DNA of 64,000 bases, taken from positions 23,436,001 through 23,500,000 of the forward strand of contig OX597840.1 in assembly GCA_951406725.2 (NCBI GenBank), in the 5' to 3' direction. The notes under the pieces are model-generated. The model was not told the DNA's origin. It did not search any database and saw nothing but the letters and a program-made list of their open reading frames with translations. Origin of the DNA: Octopus vulgaris. Lineage: Eukaryota. The position numbers were made by a program, and so were the translations under genes. Shown piece after piece: positions 38,195 to 52,613 of the stretch; within the stretch, counting starts at the first letter, position 1, and every line of letters starts with the position of its first letter.

Positions 38195-39616
38195 ATACGA
38201 GAAGAAGTAAAACATTTGTGTACTGTGACAAGAAAAAAGAAAATTATGGAAAATGAATTATATCGGACTGAAGTTGAATGTAAAAGAGAGTCTGAAGAAA
38301 TTGATGTTTCTGATGAGGAGAAGAATGAAAAGGGCAAAATATCATATCATTGTGATATCTGTGGTAAATCCTTCTCTGGATATCGTTATTTAACTATTCA
38401 CAAACGCATTCATACAGGAGAGAAGCCATATCACTGTGATATCTGTAGTAAATCATTTTCTCAAAATAGTCACCTGACTAGGCACAAACACATGTTCATT
38501 CAGGAGAGAAGCCATATCATTGTGATATATGTGGTGAATCTTTCTCTGTAGCTTGGACCTTGACTACACACAAGCATGTTCATACAGGAGAGAAGCCATA
38601 TCAGTGTGATATCTGTGGTAAATCCTTCTCTAGAATTAATCATGTAACTGCTCACAAACGTGTTCATACAGGAGAGAAGCCATATCATTGTGATTTCTGT
38701 GGTGAAATCATTTTCTCAAAATATTCACCTGACTAACCACAAACGCATTCATACAGGAGAGAAGCCATATCAATGTGATATTTGTGATGAATCATTTTCT
38801 ACAAATGGTCACTTGACTGGTCACAAACGCATTCATTCAGGAGAGAAGCCATATCAGTGTGATATCTGTGGTAAATCCTTCTCTAGAATTAATCATGTAA
38901 CTGGTCACAAACGCATTCATTCAGGAGAGAAGCCATATCAATGTGATATTTGTGGTGAATCATTTTCTCAAAATAGTAACCTGACTAGGCACAAACGCAT
39001 TCATACAGGAGAGAAGCCATATCATTGTGATATCTGTGGTAAATCATTTTCTCAAAATATTCACCTGACTAACCACAAACGTATTCATACTGGGGAAAAA
39101 CCATATCAGTGTGATATCTGTGGTAAATCATTTTCTGATAAAAGTTCTTTAGATGGTCACAATCGTATTCATACAGGAGAGAAGCCATATCATTGTGATA
39201 TCTGTGGTAAATCATTTGCTGATAAAAGATCTTTAAATGGTCACAATCGTATTCATACAGGAGAGAAGCCATATCATTGTGATATCTGTGGTAAATCATT
39301 TTCTCAAAATAGTCACCTGACTAACCACAAACGTATTCATACTGGGGAAAAACCATATCAGTGTGATATCTGTGGTAAATCATTTTCTGATAAAAGATCT
39401 TTAAATGGTCACAATCGTATTCATACAGGAGAGAAGCCATATCATTGTGATATCTGTGGTAAATCATTTTCTAAAAGTGATCACCTGACTAGGCACAAAC
39501 GCATTCATACAGGAGAGAAGCCATATCATTGTGATATCTGTGGTAAATCATTTCCTCAAAATGGTCACCTGACTAGGCACAAACGCATTCATACAAAAGA
39601 AGTCACATCACTGTAA
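38186..39616 (+). pseudogene. C2H2 zinc-finger gene B-R1 (15 fingers), two compensating frameshifts as assembled
   Basis: +2 nt near 38492 and +1 nt near 38704, so start and end are in the same frame with a stop between. May be intact if these are consensus errors. Confidence 0.75.
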
Positions 39617-41379
39617 TACCTGTGGTAAATCATTTCCCAAAAACAGCACTTTGTCTAGTCTCAAATGTCTTCATACATGAGAGAAGCCATATCATTGAAA
39701 CATGTGGCAAATCATTTGCTTATAGAAGCAGCGTAACTACTTCCTTAAACCTTCATGAGAGACAAAACCATACCAGTCATCTGTCATCATTGTTCTCCAT
39801 GTCCACATTTGCCAATCTCTCATTGGTGAGATGATATTTATTGAGGTGAATTTTCACTGTCCAGATGCCCTTCCTGTTGCCAACCTTCACCTGTTTCAAA
39901 CTAAAATATTTCCCCATAACCTGACATATTTGTGTGGCAGATTGGCGATGGACATTGCTTGCATGGCAGTGACACCCACAACTATCACACAGTCTCCAGG
40001 CAAGGATATAGTGACACACACACATTCATAAGCCCCTCACACTTCTAAGAAACATCCTCCTCTATCCTCTGTACCACTAATATTCCCCCACCACCACCAC
40101 TACCTTTTGTGTATGTCCTCATACATCACCCATCCATTTCTCTCTATATACACTTTACTCCTTACATATTTCAGTCATTTTACTGCGGCCATGCTGGGGC
40201 ACCGCCTTTAATTGAGCAACTCAACCCCGGGACTTATTCTTTTGTAAGCCCAGTACTTATTTTATCGGTCTCTTTTGCCGAACCGCTAAGTAATGACTTT
40301 GCCTTTCATCCTTTCGGGTTCGATAAATTAAGTACTAGTTATGCACTGGGGTCGATGTAATCGACTTAATACTTATGTCAGTCCTTGTTTGTCCCCTCTA
40401 TGTTTAGCCCCTTGTGGGTAATAAAGAAATAGGTATAATACTTATTTTATCTGTATAAATTTACTAAAACCATTAAATGGTTAACTACTTTCTGAAGTTT
40501 CACGTTGATGCTGGTAATCATGGTCCAGGCCATATTTTACTGTATCTAACACCGCCGACAACATCATAATACATCCTTGTGCATGTATACTCCCTAAGTA
40601 AATATGACATAGCATTCCTACTGAAACCTTCATTTACTTTATACGATGTTTAATGTTGTTTCACATTCATGTTGAATTATGTAGCAGTCTTATGTTCTCT
40701 TCATAGAACACTTGTAATTTATGTGTTACCAGTTCTTTTGGTATTGTAGATCTTTGCTATTCTTGTTCATGTCTCCTCACAGACGTGTATATTCTAACAT
40801 TTCGCTTCTTAAATTTCCCACCTCTCTTGTTCAATAAACACTGAGTTAAACTTGCAAAGCTGTTTCTTTTCTCCTTTCAATTTTTATTGTTTATTTCAGC
40901 AGGTTACCAAACTATCAGTTTCGTCTCCCGGCTAAAACAGTTGTGACAGATTTTAAAGTTTGTTTGACATTTTAGAAGTGTGAAAGGGATTAAAATTTCG
41001 ATACTCCATATCAAAGGTTCCGACAAGAATAGGCAGAAAATCAGAGCTTGAGACAAGAAGAAACTTTTGACCAATCAGAATTCTGTTTACATAATCAGTT
41101 TGATTGGACACCTTCCTCTGTCATTTGATTAAGTGTCATCCAAGCTGATGTTTATTGGTAATTAAACTTAATTTGCAACACCTGTGCATATCTATCAGCT
41201 TTGTTTTTGTTGATAAGAACTGGCAACAACTTTTCCTATGATCGTGATTTGGGAAGACCTACAGAAGAATACGAAAGATCGGACATAATCTCTTGCGGGC
41301 AAGAAACCTCTATATATATAAACGGCAAAATGTCTGTGTGTGTGTGTTTATACAAATCCACAATTTTTCAGTTAGAGGG

Positions 41380-41423
<44 letters not shown>

Positions 41424-41772
41424 CAACGGGCTTCTTTCAGTTTCCATCTAAATCCACTCACAAGGCTTTGGTCGGCCCAAGGCTATAGTAGAAGACACTT
41501 GCCCAAGGTGCCACACAGTGGGACTGAACCCGGAACCATGTGGTTAGTAAGCAAGCTACTTACCACACAGCCACTCCTGCACCTATGTGAAGATTTTTTA
41601 CATGACAACAATTAAAACTACTTTGTCTGCTAAAACACAATGTTTTTTCCCTTCATCAACTTCAATATTGTCAAGGTGAACCTCAAATTTGTCATCATCT
41701 GTAAAAATATTCACTCTGACACAACTTCATTACTGGAAATTTTATAGTATACTTGAATTTGTTAATAAAGAA

Positions 41773-42426
41773 TCTCTGTATAAACGGCAAGATGTCTGTC
41801 TGTGTGTGTGTTCTTTATACAAATCCACAATTTTTCAGTTAGAGGGCTTGCACTTTCTATGGTCATTCAAAACCATCGAAGGGTGGTCGTGCACATCTTT
41901 ACATTTCCCCAGCCACCCCGCAAATCCATTAAAAAATCAATAGAAGAGACTTTTTTGTGAATTTTCTTTCCAAAACCCAATCAAAATGCCCAAAACTTGA
42001 TACGCCAATTGAATGCCAGCTAGCTGTATGGTTGTTCCTTCTTGAGCCATGCCTGTCTTATAAGGGCCGGTTTCTTGGCGTATAGGTTCCCCGCCAGGAC
42101 GGGACGCCAGTCCATCGCAAGTGAGCTGCAAGATGCAGGAGGAAAGAGTGAGAGAAAGAGTCAGCAGAAGTTTCACCATTACCTTCTGCCAGAGCTGTGT
42201 GGAGTTTAGGTGTTTCGCTCATAAACACACATCGCCCGGTCTGAGATTCGAACCCACAATTCCTCGACCGCGAGTCCGCTGTTCTAACCACTAGGCCATG
42301 TGCCTCCGCAGCTAGCTGTATGTGAATGGTTGGAGATTTGGACAGTACTCGCGTATGTGTGCACACACGCAGCTGTATATGCATGCACTAGCACTATGAC
42401 CCGGTGTTGCCGGGTCATAGTGCTAG
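41773..42426 (+). mobile_element. Non-autonomous Helitron carrying a SINE insertion
   Basis: 5' a|TCTCTGTATAAACGGC; 3' hairpin gacccgg-tgttg-ccgggtc then CTAG|t. Confidence 0.72.
42031..42308 (-). mobile_element. tRNA-derived SINE (family 3), full length
   Basis: 14-bp TSD CAGCTAGCTGTATG at 42017-42030 and 42309-42322; A/B boxes on the minus strand. Confidence 0.88.
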
Positions 42427-42949
42427 TGTAAAATAAAGTTTATTATAAACAACACAAACACTTCATAATTTAATAACTTTCAATGTGATACCTGTTAAAC
42501 AAATTATTTTTAATTAGGGAAAATTTAATAAAATCTAATCATAAGTGAAATTATGCTAAATACAACTAAATTGGAAACCTTTTCCCTCTGGCTAAAAATT
42601 GGGTGTGAATTTTACATGAGTAGAAGCTTCTTTTTAACAGTTTTTATCCAGAAAATTACCTGTGCAAATTACGTGTGTTTTTATGGTGTACATATATATA
42701 TATAGGTTATAATAGGTAATGGTGTCAGGTAATGTTGAAGAACTGCTATAGATACCATAGTGAAGTTCTAGTTTCGGTAATTTTTCGAAGGGGTTTCAAC
42801 ATTGGTCACATGCCAGCGTGTGTATATAACAATATTTTGCGTAATGAGATAAAGAACCAAGGCTGTGTAGATATTAGAACACTTATAGATAGAAAGTCTA
42901 TAAATGTTCTAATATCTACACAGCCTTACACAAACAATTCTTATATATA

Positions 42950-42992
<43 letters not shown>

Positions 42993-43449
42993 ATATATAT
43001 TTATTATAAATATAAATCCAAACTTACAGGGAAAAATTAGAATTAGGATTAAATCTAATTTTACGGTATAAATATAGATTAAATTAGAGATAAAACCACA
43101 ATTAGGCAAATCAAACAGTGAAAAACATAAACCAAAACATAGGAATAAAAATAATTAATATAATATATAAAATAAAAAAACAAAAAACAAATGAGTACTC
43201 TTTGAAAATGAAAGTGAAACATAACATTTTGCTCAAAAACACAATACACAGCCTGGCATGGGAATTGAACTCACTACCTCACAATTGTGAGCCCAATGCT
43301 CTAACCACTGAGCCATGTACCTTCACATATATATGTGAAGGCACATAGCTTCACACACATACATATACATATATATATATATCCGCTCAGTCGACCCTGT
43401 CACTCGGTTGGATCAGTGTCCTCCAATCCCTGGGCCACTTCTTTCAGGG

Positions 43450-43752
43450 CTACGTGTGTGTGTTCTTGAGCAAGACACTTTATTTCACATTGCTCTTCTA
43501 GCAACATTTTCTTTTTAGAACAGTTCACTCAACTGTAGAAATGAGTTCAAATCCCGGACTTGTGACATCACTGGTGCCAAGCTGTATCGGCCCCTTTGCC
43601 TTTCCCTTGGATAACACTGGTGGCGTGGAGAGGAGAGGCCGGTATGCATGGGCGACTGCTGGTCTTCCATAAACAACCTTGCCCGGACTTGTGCCTGGGA
43701 GGGTAACTTTCTAGGTGCAATCCCATAGTCAATCATGACCGAAGGGGATCTC
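43450..43752 (+). mobile_element. SINE family 4 body (copy with tRNA-like head at 61425-61750)
   Basis: gtgttcttgagcaagacactt...ggtgcaatcccatagtc; the 61.4-kb copy has a gagttcaaatccc B box. Confidence 0.65.
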
Positions 43753-44229
43753 AGCTGATCCCTGTAAAAGGCCCCTGTCCTAGTTCATGTAAAGAGCACA
43801 CATGCTGATCCATGTGGTTATTCAACTTATTCCTTCCCCTGAAATTGCTGGCCTTGTGCCAAAATAAAGTCAGATACAATAATGCCTTGATATATGAGTT
43901 AATTTCTTCCTGGAGATTGCTCCTAAAGTGAAAACTCATAAAGCAAAGCAATAATTTCCCATAGAAGCAATGTTATAAATTGTAATTCATTCCCAGAAAA
44001 ATATTTTACCAATAAAATTTATAATACTTGTAAATAAATGACAATAAAACAACAGTAGAATGTAAAGAATATTTTATGTAAAGTCAAAAACAATGTCAAG
44101 ATCATTTAGAATAGACAAAATATTATTATTATAATTGTTTTCTGAATCGCTTTGAAAAGACTCAGGGACACCATCATTAGTAGACGTGACCACTGATTCA
44201 CAAGAAAGAAACAAGTCTAGAGTTGTTTA

Positions 44230-44607
44230 CTGAGAAGCATTCCTTTGCTCTTTATAAACTTCTTGGTAAGACACAGATGCATTTATTATGGTAGTAGAAG
44301 CTTTCAAAATTTGGATGTTGTGCTCGAAAAATAAAACTCATAAACAATGTATGTAACTTGGGAAATGAATCTATTCCTCATGAAATGTGTTCTCTGTCTG
44401 AGGGACATCCATGCTTCTTCTTTTTTGTGTGTTCACATCCTGAACTAGTTATTGCACAAATTAAGTTTTTGGATGCACAAGTGAAATCAGTCTCAATTAT
44501 GAATCTCTGTCCTGGTTTAAAATGGAATTCCGAACCTTCCCGTACTTTCAAGAATGTTCCACATTTCGGACATCTGCATTCTTTAACTCTTCATTCCATT
44601 GTTGAGC
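44230..44607 (-). mobile_element. Penelope-like element relic (degenerate GIY-YIG endonuclease)
   Basis: Minus strand reads KECRCPKCGTFLKVREGSEFHFKPGQRFIIETDFTCASKNLICAITSSGC, then after a frameshift MSLRQR. This resembles C..C...FTC.S.NLIY.I.C..C...YIG.T..L..R of PLE GIY-YIG. Confidence 0.6.
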
Positions 44608-44729
44608 ACCCACCTCTCAGAGTGGTTGGTGAGGAAGAGCATCCAGCCATAGAAACCATGCGAAATCAGACAGGAATCAGATGCAGCCTTCCAGCCCTGG
44701 TCAAAATGTACAACCCATGCCAAGCATGG

Positions 44730-45335
44730 ACACCTTGGGTAAGTGTCTTCTATAATAACCTCTAGCCGACCAAAGCCCTGTGAGTGGATTTGGTGGATGG
44801 AAACTAAATGAAGCCCGTTATGTGTAGATTGGTATGTGTATGTATCTCTCTCTCTTTTTCTCTTTTACTTGTTTCAGTCATTTAACTGCGGCAATGCTGG
44901 AGCACCGCCTTTAGTCGAGCAAATCAACCCCGGCACTTATTTGCCGAACCGCTAAGTGATGGGGACGTAAACACACCAACATCGGTTGTCAAGCAATGCT
45001 AGGGGGACAAACACAGACACACAAACAAAAACACATATATATATATACATATATACGACAGGCTTCTTTCAGTTTCCGTCTACCAAATCCACTCACAAGG
45101 CACTAGTGGGCCCAAGGCTATAGCAGAAGACACTTGCCGAAGATGCCACGCAGTGGGACTGAACCCGGAACCATGTGGTTGGTTAGCAAGCTACTTACCA
45201 CACAGCCACTCCTGCGTCTGTGTTTGTGTATGTCCCCCAATATCGCTTGACAACCGATGCTGGTGAGTTAAGCAGTTTGGCAAAAGGGACAGATAGAATA
45301 AGTACTAGGTGTAGAAAGAATAAGTCCTGGGGATC
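44730..45335. mobile_element. Nested SINE family 1 copies in opposite orientations
   Basis: A plus-strand body (ccttgggtaagtgtc...) is interrupted by a full minus-strand copy at 44850-45220. Same arrangement at 62740-63340. Confidence 0.7.
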
Positions 45336-46156
45336 CATTGTCTGCTTTGGCAAGGTTCCCATGGCTGGAGGCCCTTCCTAACACCGACCCCTTTACTGAG
45401 TGCATTGGGTGCTTTTTATGTGACACCAGCATCATTGGGGATCACCAAGTAACTCGCAAGATAAAGATCCACTCGGTTGTCAGAGGGAGTGGAAGCGAGG
45501 GGCATGGCTTTTTGTCAGTTGGGAGGTTGATGTATAACGGCAGGAGAGAGACGAGTGTCTTACTATAGAGGAGAAACCTGACGATTCCAGTAGGAAAAGA
45601 AAGGAGAGAATGATAGATATATAGAGAGAAATGGATGGTGTTGGAGATGTATGAGGACATACATAAAAGGTAGTGGTGGTGGGGGAATATTAGTGGTACG
45701 GAGGATAGAGGGAGATGTTTCAAAGAAGTGTGAGGGGCTTATGAATGTGTGTGTGTGTGTTACTATATCCTTGCCTGGAGACTGTGTGATAGTTGTGGGT
45801 GTCACTGCCATGCAAGCAATGTCCATCGCCAATCTGCCACACAAACATGTCAGGTCATGGGGAAATATTTTAGTTTGAAACAGGTGAAGGTTGGCAACAG
45901 GAAGGGCATCTGGACAGTGAAAATTCACCTCAATAAATATCATCTGACCAATGAGAGATTGGCAAATGTGGACATGGAGAACAATGATGACAGATGACTG
46001 GTATGGTTTGTCTCTCATGAAGGTTTAAGGAAGTAGTTACGCTGCTTCTATAAGCAAATGATTTGCCACATGTTTCAATGATATGGCTTCTCTCATGTAT
46101 GAAAACGTTTGAGACTAGACAAAGTGCTGTTTTTGGAAAATGATTTACCACAGGTA

Positions 46157-47449
<1,293 letters not shown>

Positions 47450-48419
47450 TTAATATCTGAAGATGCTGCAAACTGCCTTCTTAATTGCTTTAACTCATTA
47501 ACATTCAGATTACTCTGTCAAATGTAATGCCTATCTCTCCAAATTTTTCTGAATTAATCATTCATTATCTTACTGCTTTAAGATTTTAACGATGCGATTC
47601 TATATGTTTATAAGACATTACAGGGTTAGTGTAAGAGGCCAGATGTAGGCAATTTTAACATAGAATATGCAGAATATTTGGGAATGGTATGCCCAGTTCA
47701 AATGTTAAAGGATTAATTCAAATACAAATATAATTTTCTGTGTATTCCAGACAATAAAGAAGAGAAATTTTGCTACATAAATGTCAGAGTTCAGAAGATA
47801 TATTTTGCAGTAATTCAGTATATATTTATAGAAACAGGGTTATACGTGTTATGAGTAAGACGTTCAATACTAATGATGTAGTTTATATAAAAATCCTGTG
47901 ATGCTGAGGTCATCTGATAATCTGAAACGAAAGAGAAACAACAGTGTAAAACATACAAGATAATTAGGAATTAGAGAGATTAAAACAGTGAAAGTTTTAC
48001 TACATTTTTATATAGTCATGGCTGTAGAAGTGCAGGGATGGTTGTGTGGTAAGAAGTTGGCTTCCCAACCACATGGTCCTGGGTTCAGTCCCAGAGTGGC
48101 CAATCAAAGCCTTGGGCAAGGATTTGGTAGATGGAAACTAAAAGAAGCTTCAAATAATCCAACTACCAAAATATATTCTAATTGAATTAAGCAAAACAGA
48201 AATTAAAATATGAAGCACTTTTGACAAGTTACCTGACAAAAAACACACCTGCAACGTGGAACGTACCACAACTGTTCGTACAGCATCTCACCTGCGAGGC
48301 ACAGATGCACGATGGGTTGAAACAATCATAGTGAATACTAGTCTTGGAAATTCTATTTTCTTTCTCTTTCTCTCATTTTTTAAACTCTACTGACAGGACT
48401 GACTCTGTGGACTGACTCC

Positions 48420-48845
48420 TGTGCAGGTGGCAAGTGAAGAAACACCATTTCGACCCTGTGCTTGAGGAGATCCATTGAGTCAAGGACACCAACATCAAAT
48501 TCAATGGAAACTGCAGTTTTGATCCCTGAGCCGGTGGCACGTCAATGCACCATCTGAACGTGGCCGATGCCAGCGCCGCCTAGACTAGTTTCCGTGCCTG
48601 TGGCATGTAAAAAGCACCAATCCGATCGTGGCCGTTGCCAGTCTCGTCTGGCACCTGTGCAGGTGGCACATAAAAAGTACCCACTACACTCACGGAGTGG
48701 TTGGCGTTAGGAAGGGCATCCAGCTGTAGAAACACTGCCAGATCAGACTGGAGCCTGGCGCAGCCTTCTGGCTTCCCAGATCCCCGGTCAAACCGTCTAA
48801 CCCATGCTAGCATGGAGAACGGACGTTAAACGATGATGATGATGA
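48420..48845 (+). mobile_element. RTE 3' UTR fragment
   Basis: Ends ggacgttaaacgatgatgatgatg; inverted counterpart of 36930-37350. Confidence 0.8.
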
Positions 48846-49064
48846 AGGAAATCCTCAAGTAAATCCAGTGTCATTCAAATCCATACTGTCGATGACATCA
48901 GATAGCCAAATACAGTGAGCAGGCTTTAAACGGCATACTACAAGATGTCTATGCAAATTTAAAATTATCACTCCGTCATCATTTAAAGTCCATTTTACAC
49001 ACTGGCATGGGTTGGATGGTTTGAAAGGAGGTAACCAACTGAAGGGCTGTTCATGCTCCATCTC

Positions 49065-49502
49065 GGATCTTTTCAGTTTCAATGACAGATTTTCTAGTGG
49101 TGTCATATGAAATTGTCACCCATAATTATGACCCTAGTATCGATCTATTGCATTTCAATCTGTTTTAGGGTTAGGGGTGGCGGGAATGGTATCTTTTTTC
49201 TTCACAAATGTAAATAAACCCAATCTGTTTCTTAAACGAGGGACATATTCATACGGGACAGAATGTTTTCACCTCAATAGACGTCATTGATAGGTTGAAA
49301 TTGCAGAAATTGAAGAAAAAACAACAAATATCAACAAATATCTTACAAAGTGTTTAGTTACGTGGAACTATAAAAATTTTTTCTCAATAAAGCCAAGAGA
49401 AAAAGATGTTTTATAAACACATTCTACCAGTATACGAAGTTTAAAAGTGTTTAGTTACCTGGAAATCATTTTAAAAAACTTCCGTTCAAACCGAAAAGAT
49501 CC
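49065..49502. mobile_element. MITE, same family as 16167
   Basis: Inverted counterpart of 36303-36710. Confidence 0.85.
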
Positions 49503-50690
49503 CAAATTTACAAACATTTTCTGAAAATTTAAAAGGTAAAGAAGTTATGAGGGGTTAAACCAGAATTTTGCTTCGACTGGAATTCTGATCTTGCTTAGAT
49601 TAACCTCTTAGTTAACCCAATATTGACAATTCACATTTACTTTACATTAGTGAGACCCTTCTGTATATAGATTATAACAATAATTATTTTCGTTACATTT
49701 CTCTATTTCCTTCAGTTTCTTTCTGTTAACTTACTGAACACATAAAAAGAATCGTTGATGTGAACAATATTGATACATTAATAACAAATCTATTATAGAA
49801 ACGGATGTCCAAATGAGAACTTCAGCTACGACAGACAATGGCAGGATATATATATATATATACACTTACGTATTATTTATAGACCCAATGTAGAGGAGGA
49901 AGGTGTCACAATCAATCCATTGTGAACAATAAGCAGATAATATTTAGATCCGGTAAGGACGAGGTCGCAGTATGTTCAGGTAGTGAGAACTTAAGCCAAG
50001 GTAGACAACGACAGCTTCGTAAGAAATTCTAGGTTTTATTATAGACGTTATGTTTTTAAGATTAGCGTAATAAAGAATTCAGTTGATAATTTTTCTACAT
50101 GTTTAATTAGCAATCACGTCTATCGAATTAAATCTCAGCTAATTATCTGTTGAACGGATGTGACCGGTAATAAACACGAGGGTCAATCAACAGCAGGGAA
50201 TGGAAAAATATTGCGGGAGAAAAAGTGCGGGAATTGCTAGGGGGAAATAACTCGACATTTAAAGAGCTCTTTATTCACACTTAAGGTTATTTAGTTATCT
50301 AAGGTTAATTTTTCATTTAATTATTAGAAAAAGGTTGTAAAAGAAGAGGAAATATAACTTTTTTTCCATTACACTCAAGCAAAAAATTATTTATGAATTT
50401 CTTTCTCTTTCACATTTTCTAAATATCAGTATTTTCTAAATATCAGTGGGGGATAGATTAGTAACTACCATCGACTTTTGTCTCTCACTGGATCTTTATT
50501 TTATTTATTCCGAAGCTATGAAAGGTAAAATTAACATCGGCCGAATTTAAGCTCAAAAAAAAAAAAAATAATGTCTGGCCTAAATAATTGCCATTAAGTT
50601 TGGTACATTACCATAATTTCGTTTCGGTATTCAAAACAAACTAATTCATGTTTTACACATACCCCATTTTTAACGGTATTTTTTTCTAAG

Positions 50691-50828
50691 GATCGCTTCT
50701 GGTATCTGAGAAGTTCTTTGATCCCTTTTCTGAAATTAGCGACTTTTCTGGATGCATTTCTGCTTTTGTATCAAAACTGCAGGGAAAAGGACTCCTTCGA
50801 AGATAACGATCGAGATTTAATCGTAAGT
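50691..50828 (+). other. Putative non-coding 5' exon for R2
   Basis: tttttctaAG|gatcgcttctgg ... gatttaatc|GTAAGT (50823). Confidence 0.4.
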
Positions 50829-51004
50829 AAAGTAATAATTTCGTCTTATTTTTTAGATTTAAGTTCGTTTTCTCTTTGTACAAAACCTTTTATTGTCGCA
50901 AATCTTTGGAAATTCAAAATTTGTTTAGATTTTACCCATCGTAAATAATATTCGAAACCTGATGGAAATTAAGTTACTTTCATGAAATATAAACGTAATA
51001 TGTT

Positions 51005-51224
51005 CAGTCTGGGTACTACTAGCGAACAGTGGTCCCGGTGCGCGCACTCGCGCTAGCTAGTCGTAAGTAGTCGAGCCTACAACGACTTTTTAACCCTAAA
51101 CCTAACCCTAACCTTATTTTGTTTATAAAAATAATATATTTACTTAGTTTAAATTATTGTAGGATCGACTAGCTTGCGCGAGTTCGCGCACCGGGCCCAC
51201 TGTTCGCTAGTAGTACCCAGACTG
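51005..51224. mobile_element. 220-bp MITE with ~58-bp GC-rich TIRs
   Basis: CAGTCTGGGTACTACTAGCGAACAGTGG.CCCGGTGCGCG.ACTCGCGC.AGCTAGTCG is inverted at both ends; internal taaccctaa repeats; no clear TSD. Confidence 0.8.
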
Positions 51225-52462
51225 TGTATATTACGATTATATTGGAATTTAATATGATGAAATACATTTGCTGGGTTCCTACCCACACATAACTGACACA
51301 CGTCACATTGTATGGGTGGTGGAGCATTTGTTAATTAAGTATTGCACATAATTAATTTACCATTATTATTATTAGTTTCTGAGTTCAAATTCCACCGAGG
51401 TCCACTTTATATTTTCCAAATAAAATATAAATGAACGGTTGTGATTTCTAACCATTTTTTCGCCTGGGGTACTCTGTGACGAACTTTGGGACTGCAGCAT
51501 GGCAGTTTGTGAAGAAGCAGCAGAAGAACTCAGCTGAACCAACAATGCTTCTTATATTGATGCTGGGCAGAGGGAACCTTGTAGTTCAGGGGTCAGGATC
51601 ACCAGGCTCTATGAAGAGAGTAACTGCAACGTATCCATGGTTGTGTAATCAGCTAAAGAAAGATTCACAATGTCTCAAGCATTCAAATTCAAATTCACGT
51701 TCATGGAATTGGATGGTGACAGGGAATCTTGGGAATTCAAGAAAGGAGTGAAATGAAGGAAGAAAATGGGTGTGCTTATTAGATTTGTGTGTTGGGGAGC
51801 CAACTTTTTACCACACAACCATCCCTGCACCTCTATGGACATGTCTATATAAAAATGTAGTAAAACTTTCACTATTTTAATCTCTAATTCCTAATTATCT
51901 TTTATGTTTTACACTGTTGTTTCTCTTTCGTTTCAGATTATCAGATGACCTCAGCTTCACAGGATTTTTATATAAACTACATCATTAGTATCGAACGTCT
52001 TACTCATAACACGTATAACCCTGTTTCTATAAATATATACTGAATTACTGCAAAATATATCTTCTGAACTCTGACATTTATGTAGCAAAATTTCTCTTCT
52101 TTATTGTCTGGAATACACAGAAAATTATATTTGTATTTGAATTAATCCTTTAACATTTGAACTGGGCATACCATTCCCAAATATTCTGCATATTCTATGT
52201 TGAAATTGCCTACATCTGGCCTCTTACACTCACCCTGCAATGTCATATAAACATAAAGAATCACATCGTTGAAATCTTAAAGCAATAAGATAATGAATGA
52301 TTAATTCAGAAGAATTTGAATAAATAAGCATTAAATTTGACAGAGTAATCTGAATGTTAATGAGTTAAAGCAATTAAGAAGGCAGTTTGCAGCATCTTCA
52401 GATATTAACAAAGATCACTTTTGATGGAGATATATTAGTAGAAATATTTAAGAGCAATATAC

Positions 52463-52613
52463 ACTCTCGGAGTTGTTGGCGTTAGGAAGGGCATCCAGCT
52501 GTAGAAACACTGCCAGATCTGACTGGCCTGGTGCAGCCTTCGGGCTTGCCAGACCCCAGCTGAACCGTCCAACCCATGCTAGCATGGAAAGCAGACGTTA
52601 AACGATGATGATG
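52463..52613 (+). mobile_element. 151-bp RTE tail inserted in the leader of R2
   Basis: Same insertion and junctions as 38043-38194. Confidence 0.88.

Noticed and set aside
51476-51751. 91-aa ORF in spacer arm A (and 34965-35159) as a coding exon or recombinase
   Set aside because: No recognisable motif, no ATG start, and the two copies differ by an indel and a stop. It may be a non-coding exon.
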